A stretch of 64,000 nucleotides of DNA from Microcoleus sp. (GCA_042408215.1 JAYFMW010000028.1:288001-352000); one strand, 5' to 3'. Numbered from the stretch's first letter, positions 1 to 10,265 are shown. Program-made: numbers and translations. Notes: generated from the letters alone by a model not told the origin.

Positions 1-1
1 T

Positions 2-1465
2 GAAGTCTCGCGCCACTTGTACTTTGCAGTTCTCGTGGCTGTGCTGACTAATCGGTTAGCTTTTTTGGTTGACCATTTGACCGCCTTAATGGGAACGCGC
101 GTTATTGATTTGCACGACACCAGTCTTTCCCTAGTGTATCGCCCGCCTCGCGACTATCTGCCGGTGCTGCCATCTGCACCTGTGGGGAATATTTTGGGCT
201 TCAAATATACGCCGGATCGCAGCAGCAGAGGTGGCAAATTGGAGTATTTTCGCTACGTTGGAGTTGGTCGCGATTTACTCCTGAATTTCCCCACTATTTT
301 TGCTGTTGACGGTTGGGACGGCCCTCATACTGTGCTGATTTCAGGCACTAGCTACGCTCCGGGTGCTCCCGCTTATCACATTCGGAAAAGACCTACAGTA
401 TTGTTAGAACCTGCCTCTAATAATCACAAAGCTGGCGATGCTGGAATTGGCGAAAGTGAGTTTTTCTTCACACCGCAGCAGAACGCTGTTGGAAATTACA
501 TCGCTCTATCGGGACTGCCTCCTGCGGCACGGAAAAAAGCAGTAAAGGAGATGGTTGAGGCTGTCTGTAACAGACCAGGACAAGCTAAGAGCTTTCTCGA
601 TCGCCTATTTGAGACTTTAACAGATAAAGGACAGCAAGACCAGCAGCGTTGGGGCGATCGCAAACGCCTTTTACTGATCGTTAACAGCTACGACGAAGCT
701 GCACAGGTTGAGTCAGTTTTGAAACCAATTTACCGCGTTGAAAATATTGACGGAATTAAAGTTCTCCGCCGCGACAATGCTCCTGCTGACTTAAGCGGGA
801 TTCGCCGGGGTAAAATTCGGGATTTAAACAAACTTCCCACTGAGATTGTAATTGCACCTTTAATGGCTCTAGAACGCGGTCACAATATCCTCAACGATCA
901 CCGGATAGCAGCATTTGGATCGGCAGTATTTTTGAGCCGACCGATGCCAGTCCCCGATGACTGGCAAACCACTGTCCAGCAACTCAATAATTGGGCGCTG
1001 GAAAATTGCTTGAATTTCACTTTGTACGAGCCAATTCAGCGGCGAGGCGACACTCTAACCCTGGCAAATGTTCACAGTGAATTTTACAGGTATGCAATAG
1101 ACAAGATGCTCGATTTGAACTGTCGGGCGATGTCTTTCAAACAGTTGACTGATGATGAACGCTCTGTACTTTGTTGGACTCAGTTAGTGAGTATCTGGCA
1201 AATCATCGGGCGTTTGGTGCGGGGCGGCGTTCCTTGCATTGTTCATTTCCTAGATCTCAAATTCGCGCCGAAATCAGCCGAAGGGGAAGCCGACAGCGTT
1301 GTTACCTCACTTTTGGCGGGAATTATCAAAGAACTTCAAGACTCGGTTGAGGGCGAAGGAAAACGACCCTGTGACAGCACCCTCGCGCGATCGCTCTACG
1401 GAGCTTTCTTAAACTCACTCAAAAAAACAAAGAAAGAAACAAAGGAATTACGCTATGACATTTAA
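2..1465 (+). CDS. DinG-like SF2 helicase of pPIWI-RE operon, C-terminal part (5' end outside the window)
   Basis: Frame is open from the window edge. SF2 motifs: VLISGTS (III), LLLIVNSYDEA (IV), APLMALERGHNILN (V), QIIGRLVRGG (VI), plus FLSRPMPVPDD and VHFLDLKFAP. Stop overlaps the start of the next gene. Confidence 0.85.
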   Translation, partial: EVSRHLYFAVLVAVLTNRLAFLVDHLTALMGTRVIDLHDTSLSLVYRPPRDYLPVLPSAPVGNILGFKYTPDRSSRGGKLEYFRYVGVGRDLLLNFPTIFAVDGWDGPHTVLISGTSYAPGAPAYHIRKRPTVLLEPASNNHKAGDAGIGESEFFFTPQQNAVGNYIALSGLPPAARKKAVKEMVEAVCNRPGQAKSFLDRLFETLTDKGQQDQQRWGDRKRLLLIVNSYDEAAQVESVLKPIYRVENIDGIKVLRRDNAPADLSGIRRGKIRDLNKLPTEIVIAPLMALERGHNILNDHRIAAFGSAVFLSRPMPVPDDWQTTVQQLNNWALENCLNFTLYEPIQRRGDTLTLANVHSEFYRYAIDKMLDLNCRAMSFKQLTDDERSVLCWTQLVSIWQIIGRLVRGGVPCIVHFLDLKFAPKSAEGEADSVVTSLLAGIIKELQDSVEGEGKRPCDSTLARSLYGAFLNSLKKTKKETKELRYDI

Positions 1466-4250
1466 TACCATTCTCCCTGGAGCCTGGGAATTGACTGAGG
1501 ACTTGGAATACAATCTCTTTTCCTTAATTGTTCCTACTGCATGGCAGCAAGTTGCTAAATCTCTGGCACAAAAGCGCGTCAGACTGCGTGGCAAAGGTTA
1601 TCCGTCTGTGCCCGTGTACTCGCTCGATCGCATCATAGCGGCCAGCTTCCCGAACATTATCCAGACGGTGCGTTATGGCTGGCAGCATCCGGGTGTAACT
1701 TGGCTGTTTGCAACAGAAAAGGCTGACCTTTCTGATTTGTCAGAATTCATCAAAGATTGGCTTCGAGAAGAATTTAGCGAGGCTTTGGGAGAGTCGGAAG
1801 TCGAGTCTAGTCTCGAAAATCTAGATAATCAAGCTTGGCATTGGGAAGACCCTAAAAGTTATTCTCTGCTGCGCCAGCCCGAAAATTCCTACGATGATAT
1901 CCGCTTCCAAGCAATTCCCGATTACCTAGCTGTTGAATTTCTCAAAAATCCTCAAGTCTGCTTTGGTGAAAACAATCTGTATGAACTAACCTTCTACCGA
2001 GTTGTCAGCCTCAATCAGGGTGCTGAACTGATGTCGTGGCCTCCCCATCCGGTGTCGCTGATTCAGAAAAACGAAGAAGTCGGTGCAGCAAATATTTCAT
2101 TTGTCATCCGTTTTAAGCTGCAAACAGTTCCTTGGCGCCGGGAACCGATTATTTACCACCAACTTTCTATTCGGCGGTGGATTGTGGAACCTCTAAAGCG
2201 TCTGCCGTACCGAGGAGCCACTGCCTTTATTGGCGATAATCACCGGTGGTTAGATGGTGTGCGACAACCCTTCTGTTTTATGCCTTTGGCTGTGAAAAAA
2301 CGTTCTGGTGGAGAACTACTGTGGCCTAAAGCGATCGGTGGATTACTTCTCAGCAATGACTCCCGACTTCCCGACCCAAAAGAGTTAGTTAAACAGCCAA
2401 AATATAATTGGTCTGCGTTTGGTCAAGAACCGGAGGGAATACAAATAGCCATTGCTTACGACACTCGGCATCCGGGCGATGTACCTTGTTTTCCCGGTGT
2501 CAGTCCGCTGGATTTAGCAAGTATCGATCGGGCAATTCAAAATAAGATCGAGCAATCTAATTTCCCTATTAAACGAGTGGGTGAAGCTACAAGGATAAAA
2601 TCCACGAACAAGAAAGGGAGAAAGAACAAAGGGCTAAAAAATTTTTGGGAACTAACCGGAGCGCCGAAAACACCGATGCTGCGAGCCGAAATTGCTGCAC
2701 CTGCTGTATTTCGTTCCGCCGAAAATCCTTTGCATACAATACTTATCCTCTGGGAAACCAAACAATGTCGAGATGCACTCATTTCAGAAATCTGTAAGTT
2801 ACTTTCTTTATCACCAAAAGGGGAGGCTCAGATTTATGAAACTTCTAAGGGAGCCAAAGGGGAAGAGATACTTTATGAAAGTCCTCACGGTTCTGTGCGA
2901 ATCAAAACTCAGCACGTCGAAGACTTGACGCAAAGACTCGATTTGGATAGTTCATCAGTCAAAGCTAACAGTCGCCAAAAACAGCGAGTTCATCTCATCG
3001 AAGAGCGCGTTAAACTGATTGTTTCATCCCTGCCAAAAGCGGAAGAAATCAGCGGTGCTTTAATTGAAATCAAGCCTAAAAAACAATTTTTCCCGCCGGA
3101 GTCAGATCCTAAGTTAGCATTAAGAATTGGGGCAATGAAGGCTGGCTATGTCAATCAACACATTCACGCAGTGACAGCTCAAAATAAAAAGGGTGAAGAA
3201 TATAACATTAAAAATTCTCCCAATCGAGTACAAAAAGCTGTATCGGATTTATGGCGACAATTCGGGATTCTGCCTGCTCCGATAATTGACCCAGAAAAGG
3301 ATGGCATCGATCCGAATTTGTGGCTGACTTGCTTCCAAGTTTTGCGCCGAACTCGCAAAACAACGGCTAGCAATACCCCTGCTAATGTTGCATTAATGGT
3401 GCGAGTTAATCCAGTCGCAGGAATCGTACAAGTTACCATTCCTTCTTTATTCCCGAAATGGGTATCGTATCCAGTCGGACTTGAATACCTGATCGGTGAA
3501 AAATGGGACTCGGATTCCTATGTTGATGAAATCACGGGTGATAGCGACGAACAACAGCAGTCTAGCGACAAAAAACGCGAACAGCAGTTTCTTAATAAAT
3601 TTGTAGCTGACTGTTTGAGAGATTGCCTAAATACCCCCATAGAAAAGGATAAACTACCCCGCCTACTATTTCTAGCAGAAGCGCAAAATGCCCGAAAAAT
3701 CCTGACGTGGCTGCAAAACCCCAAACTACCGGCCAACACTTTACCAGATGAACTGCAACGGCAATTGACAGAATCAGAACGAAATCGTCTGTGGGTTGTG
3801 CGGTTGCGAGTTGTAGTTAGCGGTGAAGTTCCTGTTTGTATTATCAAGGGTTTTCCTGGTAGCAGAACCAGCGGTTTATTCTTTTGGGATGGTGTGTGCG
3901 ATCGCCCAGAAAATGCGCTTTATCTAAGCATGAGGAAGAACTTAACTACTGAACAGGACTTATTACGTCGGTTAGAGTCTCGGCTCGATAATGGCAGCAG
4001 ACAAGCTGGAAACCCCAAACCTTTAGAGATAGCCGTTGTTAATTCCCCAGGAATTGAGGGCAGCAAATTAGCTTGTTTCGTCCACAATCTTAGAGACCGC
4101 TGGCCGTATTTTGCGGATGAAGTTTCTCTGCCGTTCCCCTTTCCCTTTGCCACTTTAGCCAAAGAGTATGCGGTGAGTGCCAAAGATATTGTGGAATTAG
4201 AGGACTCAGAGGAATCTGAGGAGTCAGAAGAATTAGAAGACTCAGACTAA
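1455..4250 (+). CDS. pPIWI-RE (prokaryotic PIWI/Argonaute-like) protein: X domain, MID domain, RNase H-fold domain
   Basis: 931 aa. N-terminal PSVPVYSLDRII...WL and ELMSWPP...FKLQTVPWR..P.IY.QLSIRRW. MID-like DPKLALRIGAMKAGYVNQHI...DLWRQFG. C-terminal AEAQNARKILTWLQN, VVRLRVVVSGEVP, LEIAV, LPFPFPFA..AKEY. Coupled to the DinG-like helicase. Confidence 0.85.
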   Translation: MTFNTILPGAWELTEDLEYNLFSLIVPTAWQQVAKSLAQKRVRLRGKGYPSVPVYSLDRIIAASFPNIIQTVRYGWQHPGVTWLFATEKADLSDLSEFIKDWLREEFSEALGESEVESSLENLDNQAWHWEDPKSYSLLRQPENSYDDIRFQAIPDYLAVEFLKNPQVCFGENNLYELTFYRVVSLNQGAELMSWPPHPVSLIQKNEEVGAANISFVIRFKLQTVPWRREPIIYHQLSIRRWIVEPLKRLPYRGATAFIGDNHRWLDGVRQPFCFMPLAVKKRSGGELLWPKAIGGLLLSNDSRLPDPKELVKQPKYNWSAFGQEPEGIQIAIAYDTRHPGDVPCFPGVSPLDLASIDRAIQNKIEQSNFPIKRVGEATRIKSTNKKGRKNKGLKNFWELTGAPKTPMLRAEIAAPAVFRSAENPLHTILILWETKQCRDALISEICKLLSLSPKGEAQIYETSKGAKGEEILYESPHGSVRIKTQHVEDLTQRLDLDSSSVKANSRQKQRVHLIEERVKLIVSSLPKAEEISGALIEIKPKKQFFPPESDPKLALRIGAMKAGYVNQHIHAVTAQNKKGEEYNIKNSPNRVQKAVSDLWRQFGILPAPIIDPEKDGIDPNLWLTCFQVLRRTRKTTASNTPANVALMVRVNPVAGIVQVTIPSLFPKWVSYPVGLEYLIGEKWDSDSYVDEITGDSDEQQQSSDKKREQQFLNKFVADCLRDCLNTPIEKDKLPRLLFLAEAQNARKILTWLQNPKLPANTLPDELQRQLTESERNRLWVVRLRVVVSGEVPVCIIKGFPGSRTSGLFFWDGVCDRPENALYLSMRKNLTTEQDLLRRLESRLDNGSRQAGNPKPLEIAVVNSPGIEGSKLACFVHNLRDRWPYFADEVSLPFPFPFATLAKEYAVSAKDIVELEDSEESEESEELEDSD

Positions 4251-4264
4251 TATCTGTTAATTTA

Positions 4265-5431
4265 CTAGCGAGAAGCGGCCCGCGTTAATAACAATCCCCC
4301 GATGCCAAAGCCAAAAACTATCGGCAGCCAAGCCGAAATCATCGGACTCAAAACAGCTTTGACGCCCATAGAACTGGTGATAAAACCAAATACATAGTAA
4401 GTGAAAATCACAACTACGCTAATGCCGAAACTCGTGCCTCTACCGGAGCGGCGTGGTTTAGTTCCCAAAGCTGCTCCTACTAAACCAAATACCATGCACA
4501 CGAAAGGAAAAGCATATTTTTCTTGAATTCGCACCTTGAGTTTGCGAATTTGTTGCTCGTCGCCGCTGTTTTTAATTATTTCCAAACGTTCTAAAGCTTG
4601 TGCAATATTCATTTCCTTGAAATCCCGTACTCTCGCTGCTAAATCTAAGGGTGTACGGGGGAGTTGCAACTGTTGGTGTTCAAATCTAACTATGTTGCGG
4701 TAAGAGCCGTCAGGAGCGACTATGTAAGCAGTTCCGTTGAAAAAATCCCAGGTATTTTCTGAGGGATTCCAGGTAGCTGATTCTGAGGAAACGATTTGAT
4801 TGAGGCCTGGGGTGGAGCGATCGATAATTGTTAAACCTTTCATACGCTGGCCATCAAACTGTTCTGCATAAAACCAGCGTGCTAGGATTTCCTCGCCGCC
4901 TTTTTCAGGTTTGCTAAATTCTGTATAGATGATATTTCTCTCTTGAAATTGCGGTTTTTCTCGCTTCAGGGCTCTGTCTAAAGTCAGAGTAGCCCGGTAA
5001 CTGGCGGCGGGTACAACTAACTCTTGCAAAGCGAAGGTGCAGCCGGTAACAACCAAACTCAGAATGACTGCGGGTAGTATTAGCCGATAAATGCTAACCC
5101 CGCAACTGCGGAGGGCTATGAGTTCGCTGTCGCTGGACATTCGGCTGTAAGCCATGAGGGTTGCTAGCAGCATTGACATGGGGAAAGCTAATACTACAAA
5201 GTAGGGAATTTGTAGCAGAAAAATTTCTAGGGCGGCGCCGTAGGGGAGGCCTGATTCTGTGACTCTGCGTATTAATTCAAATAAGGCTCCAACTGTGACG
5301 GCGACGGATGTAAATAGTCCAACGCCAAATAGAAATGGGCCGATTAGTTCTTTGGTAATGTACCAATCCATTACGGAAATTCTCGGCAGCCAGTTGATGG
5401 GATTGAAAGATTTGGACATTGCTATTTTCAT
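4265..5431 (-). CDS. lptG: LptF/LptG family LPS export permease
   Basis: MDWYITKELIGPFLFG, SSDSELIALRSCGVS and several TM helices. Directly downstream of lptB. F versus G cannot be resolved by eye. Confidence 0.85.
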   Translation of the reverse strand: MKIAMSKSFNPINWLPRISVMDWYITKELIGPFLFGVGLFTSVAVTVGALFELIRRVTESGLPYGAALEIFLLQIPYFVVLAFPMSMLLATLMAYSRMSSDSELIALRSCGVSIYRLILPAVILSLVVTGCTFALQELVVPAASYRATLTLDRALKREKPQFQERNIIYTEFSKPEKGGEEILARWFYAEQFDGQRMKGLTIIDRSTPGLNQIVSSESATWNPSENTWDFFNGTAYIVAPDGSYRNIVRFEHQQLQLPRTPLDLAARVRDFKEMNIAQALERLEIIKNSGDEQQIRKLKVRIQEKYAFPFVCMVFGLVGAALGTKPRRSGRGTSFGISVVVIFTYYVFGFITSSMGVKAVLSPMISAWLPIVFGFGIGGLLLTRAASR

Positions 5432-5497
5432 ACTTGCGCGCGATCGCAGATTGCTCCTTAAGCTAAAATCTAAATTTTATCATCTCAAATTGACTAA

Positions 5498-6244
5498 CTA
5501 GCGCACGAAGCTGTCGCCTAAGTAATACTGGCGTACTAAAGGGTTGCTGTAGAGTTCTTCTTCAGCCCCTGATGCTAAAATTTGGCCGTCTCGCATGATG
5601 TAGGCTCGATCGGTAATTTCGAGGGTTTCTCGGACGTTGTGATCGGTGATTAAGATACCAATTTTCCGATCGCGCAGTTTAGCAATAATTGTTTGAATTT
5701 CGTCTACGGCGATCGGATCTACCCCTGCAAATGGTTCATCTAAAAATAGGAACATCGGCCCGTCTCGCCCAGCAGCTAAAGCTCTCGCTAATTCTGTGCG
5801 TCGCCTTTCCCCTCCTGAAATTTGAATTCCCAAACTCGATGCAATTTTTTCTAAGCGAAATTCTTGCAGCAAGAAATCGACTCGATCGCGCCATTCCCAA
5901 CGGGGCACTTGAGTTTGTTCTAACACTACCAAAATGTTGTCGCGCACAGTCATGTTGCGGAAAATGCTGGCTTCTTGAGCGAGATAGCCTATTCCCAAAT
6001 GTGCTCGCTCGTGCATCGGCAATCGAGTGATGTCTAAATCGTTGAGCCAAACAGTGCCTTGATTGGGTTTTTCTAATCCCGTGGCGATGTAAAATGTTGT
6101 GGTTTTGCCTGCACCATTCGGGCCGAGCAATCCTACGATTTCTCCTTGTGCTACCGAAAGGTTGACGCGACTAACTACATTGCGCTTTCCGTAGGATTTG
6201 TGAATATTTTCGAGTACAATTTTCACCGTCGAGGCAACCTCCAC
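5498..6244 (-). CDS. lptB: LPS export ABC transporter ATP-binding protein
   Basis: GPNGAGKTT, ISGGERRRTELARALA, LDEPFAGVDP, LITDHNVRETL, YLG at the C-terminus. Confidence 0.95.
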   Translation of the reverse strand: MEVASTVKIVLENIHKSYGKRNVVSRVNLSVAQGEIVGLLGPNGAGKTTTFYIATGLEKPNQGTVWLNDLDITRLPMHERAHLGIGYLAQEASIFRNMTVRDNILVVLEQTQVPRWEWRDRVDFLLQEFRLEKIASSLGIQISGGERRRTELARALAAGRDGPMFLFLDEPFAGVDPIAVDEIQTIIAKLRDRKIGILITDHNVRETLEITDRAYIMRDGQILASGAEEELYSNPLVRQYYLGDSFVR

Positions 6245-6294
6245 AAGTTAAACTTCAGACTTCAGGTTTTAAGGAATGTCGTTTATAGTCGAGT

Positions 6295-6830
6295 CCCGAT
6301 CCCCCTAAATCCCCCTTAATAAGGGGGACTTTGACTGCTCCTAAATCCCCCCCTTCTTAAGGCAGGGCTGTTTCATTCTCAAACAAATCATCGTTTTGTA
6401 GGGGTAGTGCGACCCCTACTCCCCGTGCCTACCCTCCTCATCCACGATTTTGTAGGTGTTTCAGGCATCAGGGCAACCACGGGGGGATTGCCCCTACAAG
6501 AGAATGAAACAGCCCTGCTTCTTAAGGGGGACTTTGACTGCTCTTGTCCCCCCTTAATAAGGGGGACTTTGACTGCTCCTAAATCCCCCTTAATAAGGGG
6601 GACTTTGACTGCTCTTGTCCCCCCTTAATAAGGGGGACTTTGACTGCTCCTAAATCCCCCTTAATCAGGGGGACTTTGACTGCTCCTAAATCCCCCTTAA
6701 TAAGGGGGACTTTGACTGCTCCTAAATCCCCCTTAATCAGGGGGACTTTGACTGCTCCTAAATCCCCCCCTTCTTAAGGGGGGTTAGGGGGGATCTCCGG
6801 GTCAAGAAAACACGCCCTAGGGGGGATCGA
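6295..6830. repeat. Tandem array of a 35-36 bp palindromic unit (CCCCTTAATAAGGGGGACTTTGACTGCTCCTAAAT), about 8 copies
   Basis: GACTTTGACTGCTC at 6327, 6530, 6565, 6601, 6636, 6672, 6708 and 6744, with no unique spacers. Confidence 0.9.
6363..6517. mobile_element. 155-bp MITE with ISAs1-like ends, inserted into the tandem array
   Basis: Perfect 18-bp TIR CAGGGCTGTTTCATTCTC / GAGAATGAAACAGCCCTG. 10-bp target duplication CTTCTTAAGG at 6353-6362 and 6518-6527. Confidence 0.85.
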
Positions 6831-6878
6831 GAGGAATGTTGTATGTTTTGGTGACGCGAAATTTCGCTGCTGCGGCTG

Positions 6879-7349
6879 TTACCGGGGGGCTGCGGGAGGA
6901 CGTTGGGAGCCGACAGAGTTTTGGGCTGCTGCATCTTGCTCTGGGGCAACCAGATAGACGGATTCTACCTGCCCTGGCTTGTCTGGTAGGGCAATAAACC
7001 GCCCTTCGTCGATTAGGTATGTGATGGTTTCGCCGCGCAGGCTGTTGCCCTGCTGCAATACGTAAACGTCTCCGCTGAGAATGATCCGACGTTCGCGGCT
7101 GAAGTATTGAGCTTGAGCTGCGGTGGCCTGTATTTGGCGGGCTGGATAGTTGATTTGGACGTTGCCGCGGGCTGTCACGATGCCGGTTTTGGAGTCGGCT
7201 TCTTGAATGTCCGATCGCACGCTGAGAGTACGGGGCGGGGTGGCTTGCGGATAGGTGGGAGAGGCGATCGCGCCTGCCAGAGTCAGGGGCAACAGCAGCG
7301 ATAATCCTTTGAATATTCCCGAATTAAGTAGTTTAGCGGAGGGCATCAT
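6879..7349 (-). CDS. lptA: LptA/OstA family protein
   Basis: Signal-like N-terminus; VRSDIQEADSKTGIVTARGNVQI, IILSGDVYVLQQGNSLRGETITY; upstream of lptB. Confidence 0.85.
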   Translation of the reverse strand: MMPSAKLLNSGIFKGLSLLLPLTLAGAIASPTYPQATPPRTLSVRSDIQEADSKTGIVTARGNVQINYPARQIQATAAQAQYFSRERRIILSGDVYVLQQGNSLRGETITYLIDEGRFIALPDKPGQVESVYLVAPEQDAAAQNSVGSQRPPAAPR

Positions 7350-7676
7350 AACTTACAAGCCTCAAAATTTGTGAAATTGCTGAACGGCAGAACCTCCAGC
7401 TTTGCCACTGACAGATCAGCTATCCTTGCATTTAACTTGCCTGTTGAGACTGAGTGAAGGACACCGGACACGGCAACCGGGACATTTTTCTCGATGGAGA
7501 TTAGATGCACAACAGCTTATCAGTTAGGTATTTTATTTTAACGACCGGAAAGACTTTCGCAGTTGTCGATCGATTAATCCGAGAGTCTCAACCAATTATC
7601 CTAGCATCCGATTTGAGATTTTGGATTTGAGATTTTGGATTTGAGATTGAAGAGTTGTGTGAGAACCCCGACTTCT

Positions 7677-8051
7677 TTAAGCCTGCGGGGAGCTGGGTAT
7701 TGTTAATAACGGTACAAATTCAGCGACTCTTTCCGGCCCAGCTTGTTGCAAAGCACTCAAGAGTTTAGCACTTTCTCCCAGCAACTCTTCAACAGCAATT
7801 CCTGCATAAGTTGGCTGATAATAACTGAGCCGATTTATGCCTTCTCCCAATAAGATTACAGCCCCGCGCCAGTTAAGATTACCTAAGTGATAAAGTGCGA
7901 CAGCAATTTGCAATATTCCCTGATAAAACTTTTTTTCTGGCTCGTCGGCTTCCATCCACAAAGCCTCTAGTGTGTCGTGACAAGCATAGAATTCTTGGTG
8001 ATTAAACTGTTCGATACCTTCCCAAAACTCGCTCGGCATTTCTTCTTGCAT
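7677..8051 (-). CDS. DUF309 domain protein
   Basis: GIEQFNHQEFYACHDTLEALW, YQGILQIAVALYH. Start could be 8078, 8051 or 8039. Confidence 0.85.
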   Translation of the reverse strand: MQEEMPSEFWEGIEQFNHQEFYACHDTLEALWMEADEPEKKFYQGILQIAVALYHLGNLNWRGAVILLGEGINRLSYYQPTYAGIAVEELLGESAKLLSALQQAGPERVAEFVPLLTIPSSPQA

Positions 8052-8152
8052 TCTGATTTGAGATGAGAGATTTTGCATGGGGGATAGGGGAGTTTTTTAG
8101 AGTAGGCGGATCTGATGAAAATTCAGATAAAAACACCCGCCTACTTAACTGA

Positions 8153-8527
8153 CTACATAGTCTCTCTGACAGCTTGAATCTGATCCATTCCAATTTCCTG
8201 AGTAGTTCCAGCAAAATCATTATCTGGCGTCAGAAATAACATACAGTGACACTCTTTACGCTCACGCATGGGAATGCAGGGACAGTTCCAGTAGGCAGCT
8301 TTTACTTCGGCTTCCTTGTCTTCGTAGTGGCGACAAGGACATAAGGGAGCGCCTAGTTCGTCTTTGTGCTTTGCTAGTCCTTCAATTACTACGGCGGTGA
8401 CAGAAGGCTCCGAACAAAAGTAAGTATCGGTGCGCCGGGCGTAGGTTTCGGAGAAATTCTTCATCGCCTCCAAAGTTTTTTCGTTGGAGAGTTTGGATTT
8501 TTCTGTTGTGTTTTCTGTTGTGTTCAT
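8153..8527 (-). CDS. ftrC: Ferredoxin-thioredoxin reductase catalytic chain
   Basis: CPC, CPC and CHC motifs (PLCPCRHY, WNCPCIPMRERKECHCMLF). Confidence 0.95.
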   Translation of the reverse strand: MNTTENTTEKSKLSNEKTLEAMKNFSETYARRTDTYFCSEPSVTAVVIEGLAKHKDELGAPLCPCRHYEDKEAEVKAAYWNCPCIPMRERKECHCMLFLTPDNDFAGTTQEIGMDQIQAVRETM

Positions 8528-8816
8528 AATTTAGGATCGGATTTGAGGATGTCACAAGCTTTTTATGATTGTACCGCAGAATGTGATTTTAAACACTTGA
8601 TATTTTGTAATCTAAAATTGACTTGACTTCCCTGGCTGACGCGGAGTTATACCAATTTTTTATGAGGCTGCATAGAAGCTGATCCCCCCTCACCCCCTTT
8701 CCTAAGGGGAGTAGGGGGGTGGGACAAGATTCTTCTCAAAGTCAGCTAGCGCTAACTATCTGTACGCACTGCTGGGTTATGGTAAAGAATTTTAACTTGT
8801 GGGCGATCGCACTCGA

Positions 8817-10256
8817 TCATTTTTTAGTAAATAGATAAATCTCATCCCGCTGATATTTGAGTTGAAATTGGGGATTGTTGGTGAGTTGAGTTACTAAGTT
8901 TTGCACAAAAGCTCGATCGCTCATCCAGCCTGGATAGCGCCAATTCAGCAACACATAGTCAAATTCCGTCAGATTTGCAGGCGGCGTATGAGCCTGAGTT
9001 AATTTTACCACAGGACGGTGAGCTAAATGTGGAGCAATATTAGCTGTCGTTAAAACATTGCCTTTGGTTTTAACGAGAGAAATCGCCTCTTTCGTAGCTG
9101 GAAGAGTGTCGAGTGCCTCTAAATAAATAGTCCAAAAATAGCCGTATTTCGCCAAGCATAAAAAAGCTATTAATGCCCAAATTACGAGATTACGATCCCA
9201 GGAAAAACTAGAAATTCGTATTTTCTCAAATATTTTAGGTATTTTGAATTCTGGCTGATTTGAGTCAGACAAATTTGCAATTACTGCTACCAACAAAAAC
9301 GGGAATATTGGAATAGAATATTGATGAATCAAATCTCGTTGAGCGGGAATATCCGAAAGAATATTCATGGCTAACATCGGCACTGCACTAATCAAAGGTG
9401 TCAGATGCCGTGGAGACATCCACCAAATTACAGGAAATAGCAATAAGGCTAAATATTCAAAAGTCTCTAAAGAAAACACACGCCCCAAAACTAGATTTGG
9501 TTTCAAGATTAAATTAACAGCAATTTCTAAAACCGACTTGCCCAAATATTGATATCGCCCGATTCCCGCGTGTTCTCTTCCCTGATTAAAATATGGTATA
9601 ATTGCCTGAGTAGCTATCAAAAACCAAGCCACACCGAAAAATAGAGCTAGGAGTCCGCAATTGCGATTTTTGTCAAAAAGCAACAGCCACAAACCCATCG
9701 CAGCTACAGTTAAAGATAACACGGCTTTGCAGCTTAGAATCAATACAATTGCAGCACAAAACCACAAGATTTTATCAAGTCTAGCTGCTACAATGGCTGC
9801 GAGAAATGCGGGTACAGCAATCACTTCTGGATGGAAGTCAAAAAGATTGACATTAAAGACTGCGGGATAAAGCAGATAGAGTGCTGCAACTGCCATTGAT
9901 TTTCGTTCATTTAAACCCGCTTGCCGTGCTAAACTCCAACTAGGCCAAGCACCTAATGCTAGGGAAATTGCTTGTACGAATAACAGCCAGTGAACATCTG
10001 GATATATTTTGTAAAGTAAAGCCAGGGGATAAAAAATAAATGCCGCGTGATCGCCTAAAATGTTAACGGCCATTAAAGAAGAAAATGGCGTTTGATTTTG
10101 AGAGATTAAATAAACTGCTTGGTCAAAAATGGCTAAGTCGTATGCTGTGGAATGAAACAAAGCGTGTCGCGCGCTACTGGAAGCAAATAAGACTATCGTG
10201 GTGGCGACAATCATTAAAAATACTGGATGGGGTTTTAGGGATTTTAAGGTTAGCAT
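8817..10256 (-). CDS. DUF2079 family membrane protein (GT-C-like)
   Basis: STAYDLAIFDQAVYLI, LGDHAAFI, NLFDFHPEVIA; multiple TM segments. Confidence 0.8.
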   Translation of the reverse strand: MLTLKSLKPHPVFLMIVATTIVLFASSSARHALFHSTAYDLAIFDQAVYLISQNQTPFSSLMAVNILGDHAAFIFYPLALLYKIYPDVHWLLFVQAISLALGAWPSWSLARQAGLNERKSMAVAALYLLYPAVFNVNLFDFHPEVIAVPAFLAAIVAARLDKILWFCAAIVLILSCKAVLSLTVAAMGLWLLLFDKNRNCGLLALFFGVAWFLIATQAIIPYFNQGREHAGIGRYQYLGKSVLEIAVNLILKPNLVLGRVFSLETFEYLALLLFPVIWWMSPRHLTPLISAVPMLAMNILSDIPAQRDLIHQYSIPIFPFLLVAVIANLSDSNQPEFKIPKIFEKIRISSFSWDRNLVIWALIAFLCLAKYGYFWTIYLEALDTLPATKEAISLVKTKGNVLTTANIAPHLAHRPVVKLTQAHTPPANLTEFDYVLLNWRYPGWMSDRAFVQNLVTQLTNNPQFQLKYQRDEIYLFTKK

Positions 10257-10265
10257 TTTATTGGT

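Noticed and set aside
6295..6830. Possible CRISPR array (36-bp palindromic repeats)
   Set aside because: Units are contiguous with no unique spacers, and there are no cas genes.
7440..7595. Possible structured ncRNA upstream of lptA (GTTGAGACT...AGTCTCAAC)
   Set aside because: Only a 9-bp distant inverted repeat, with no recognisable RNA family motifs.
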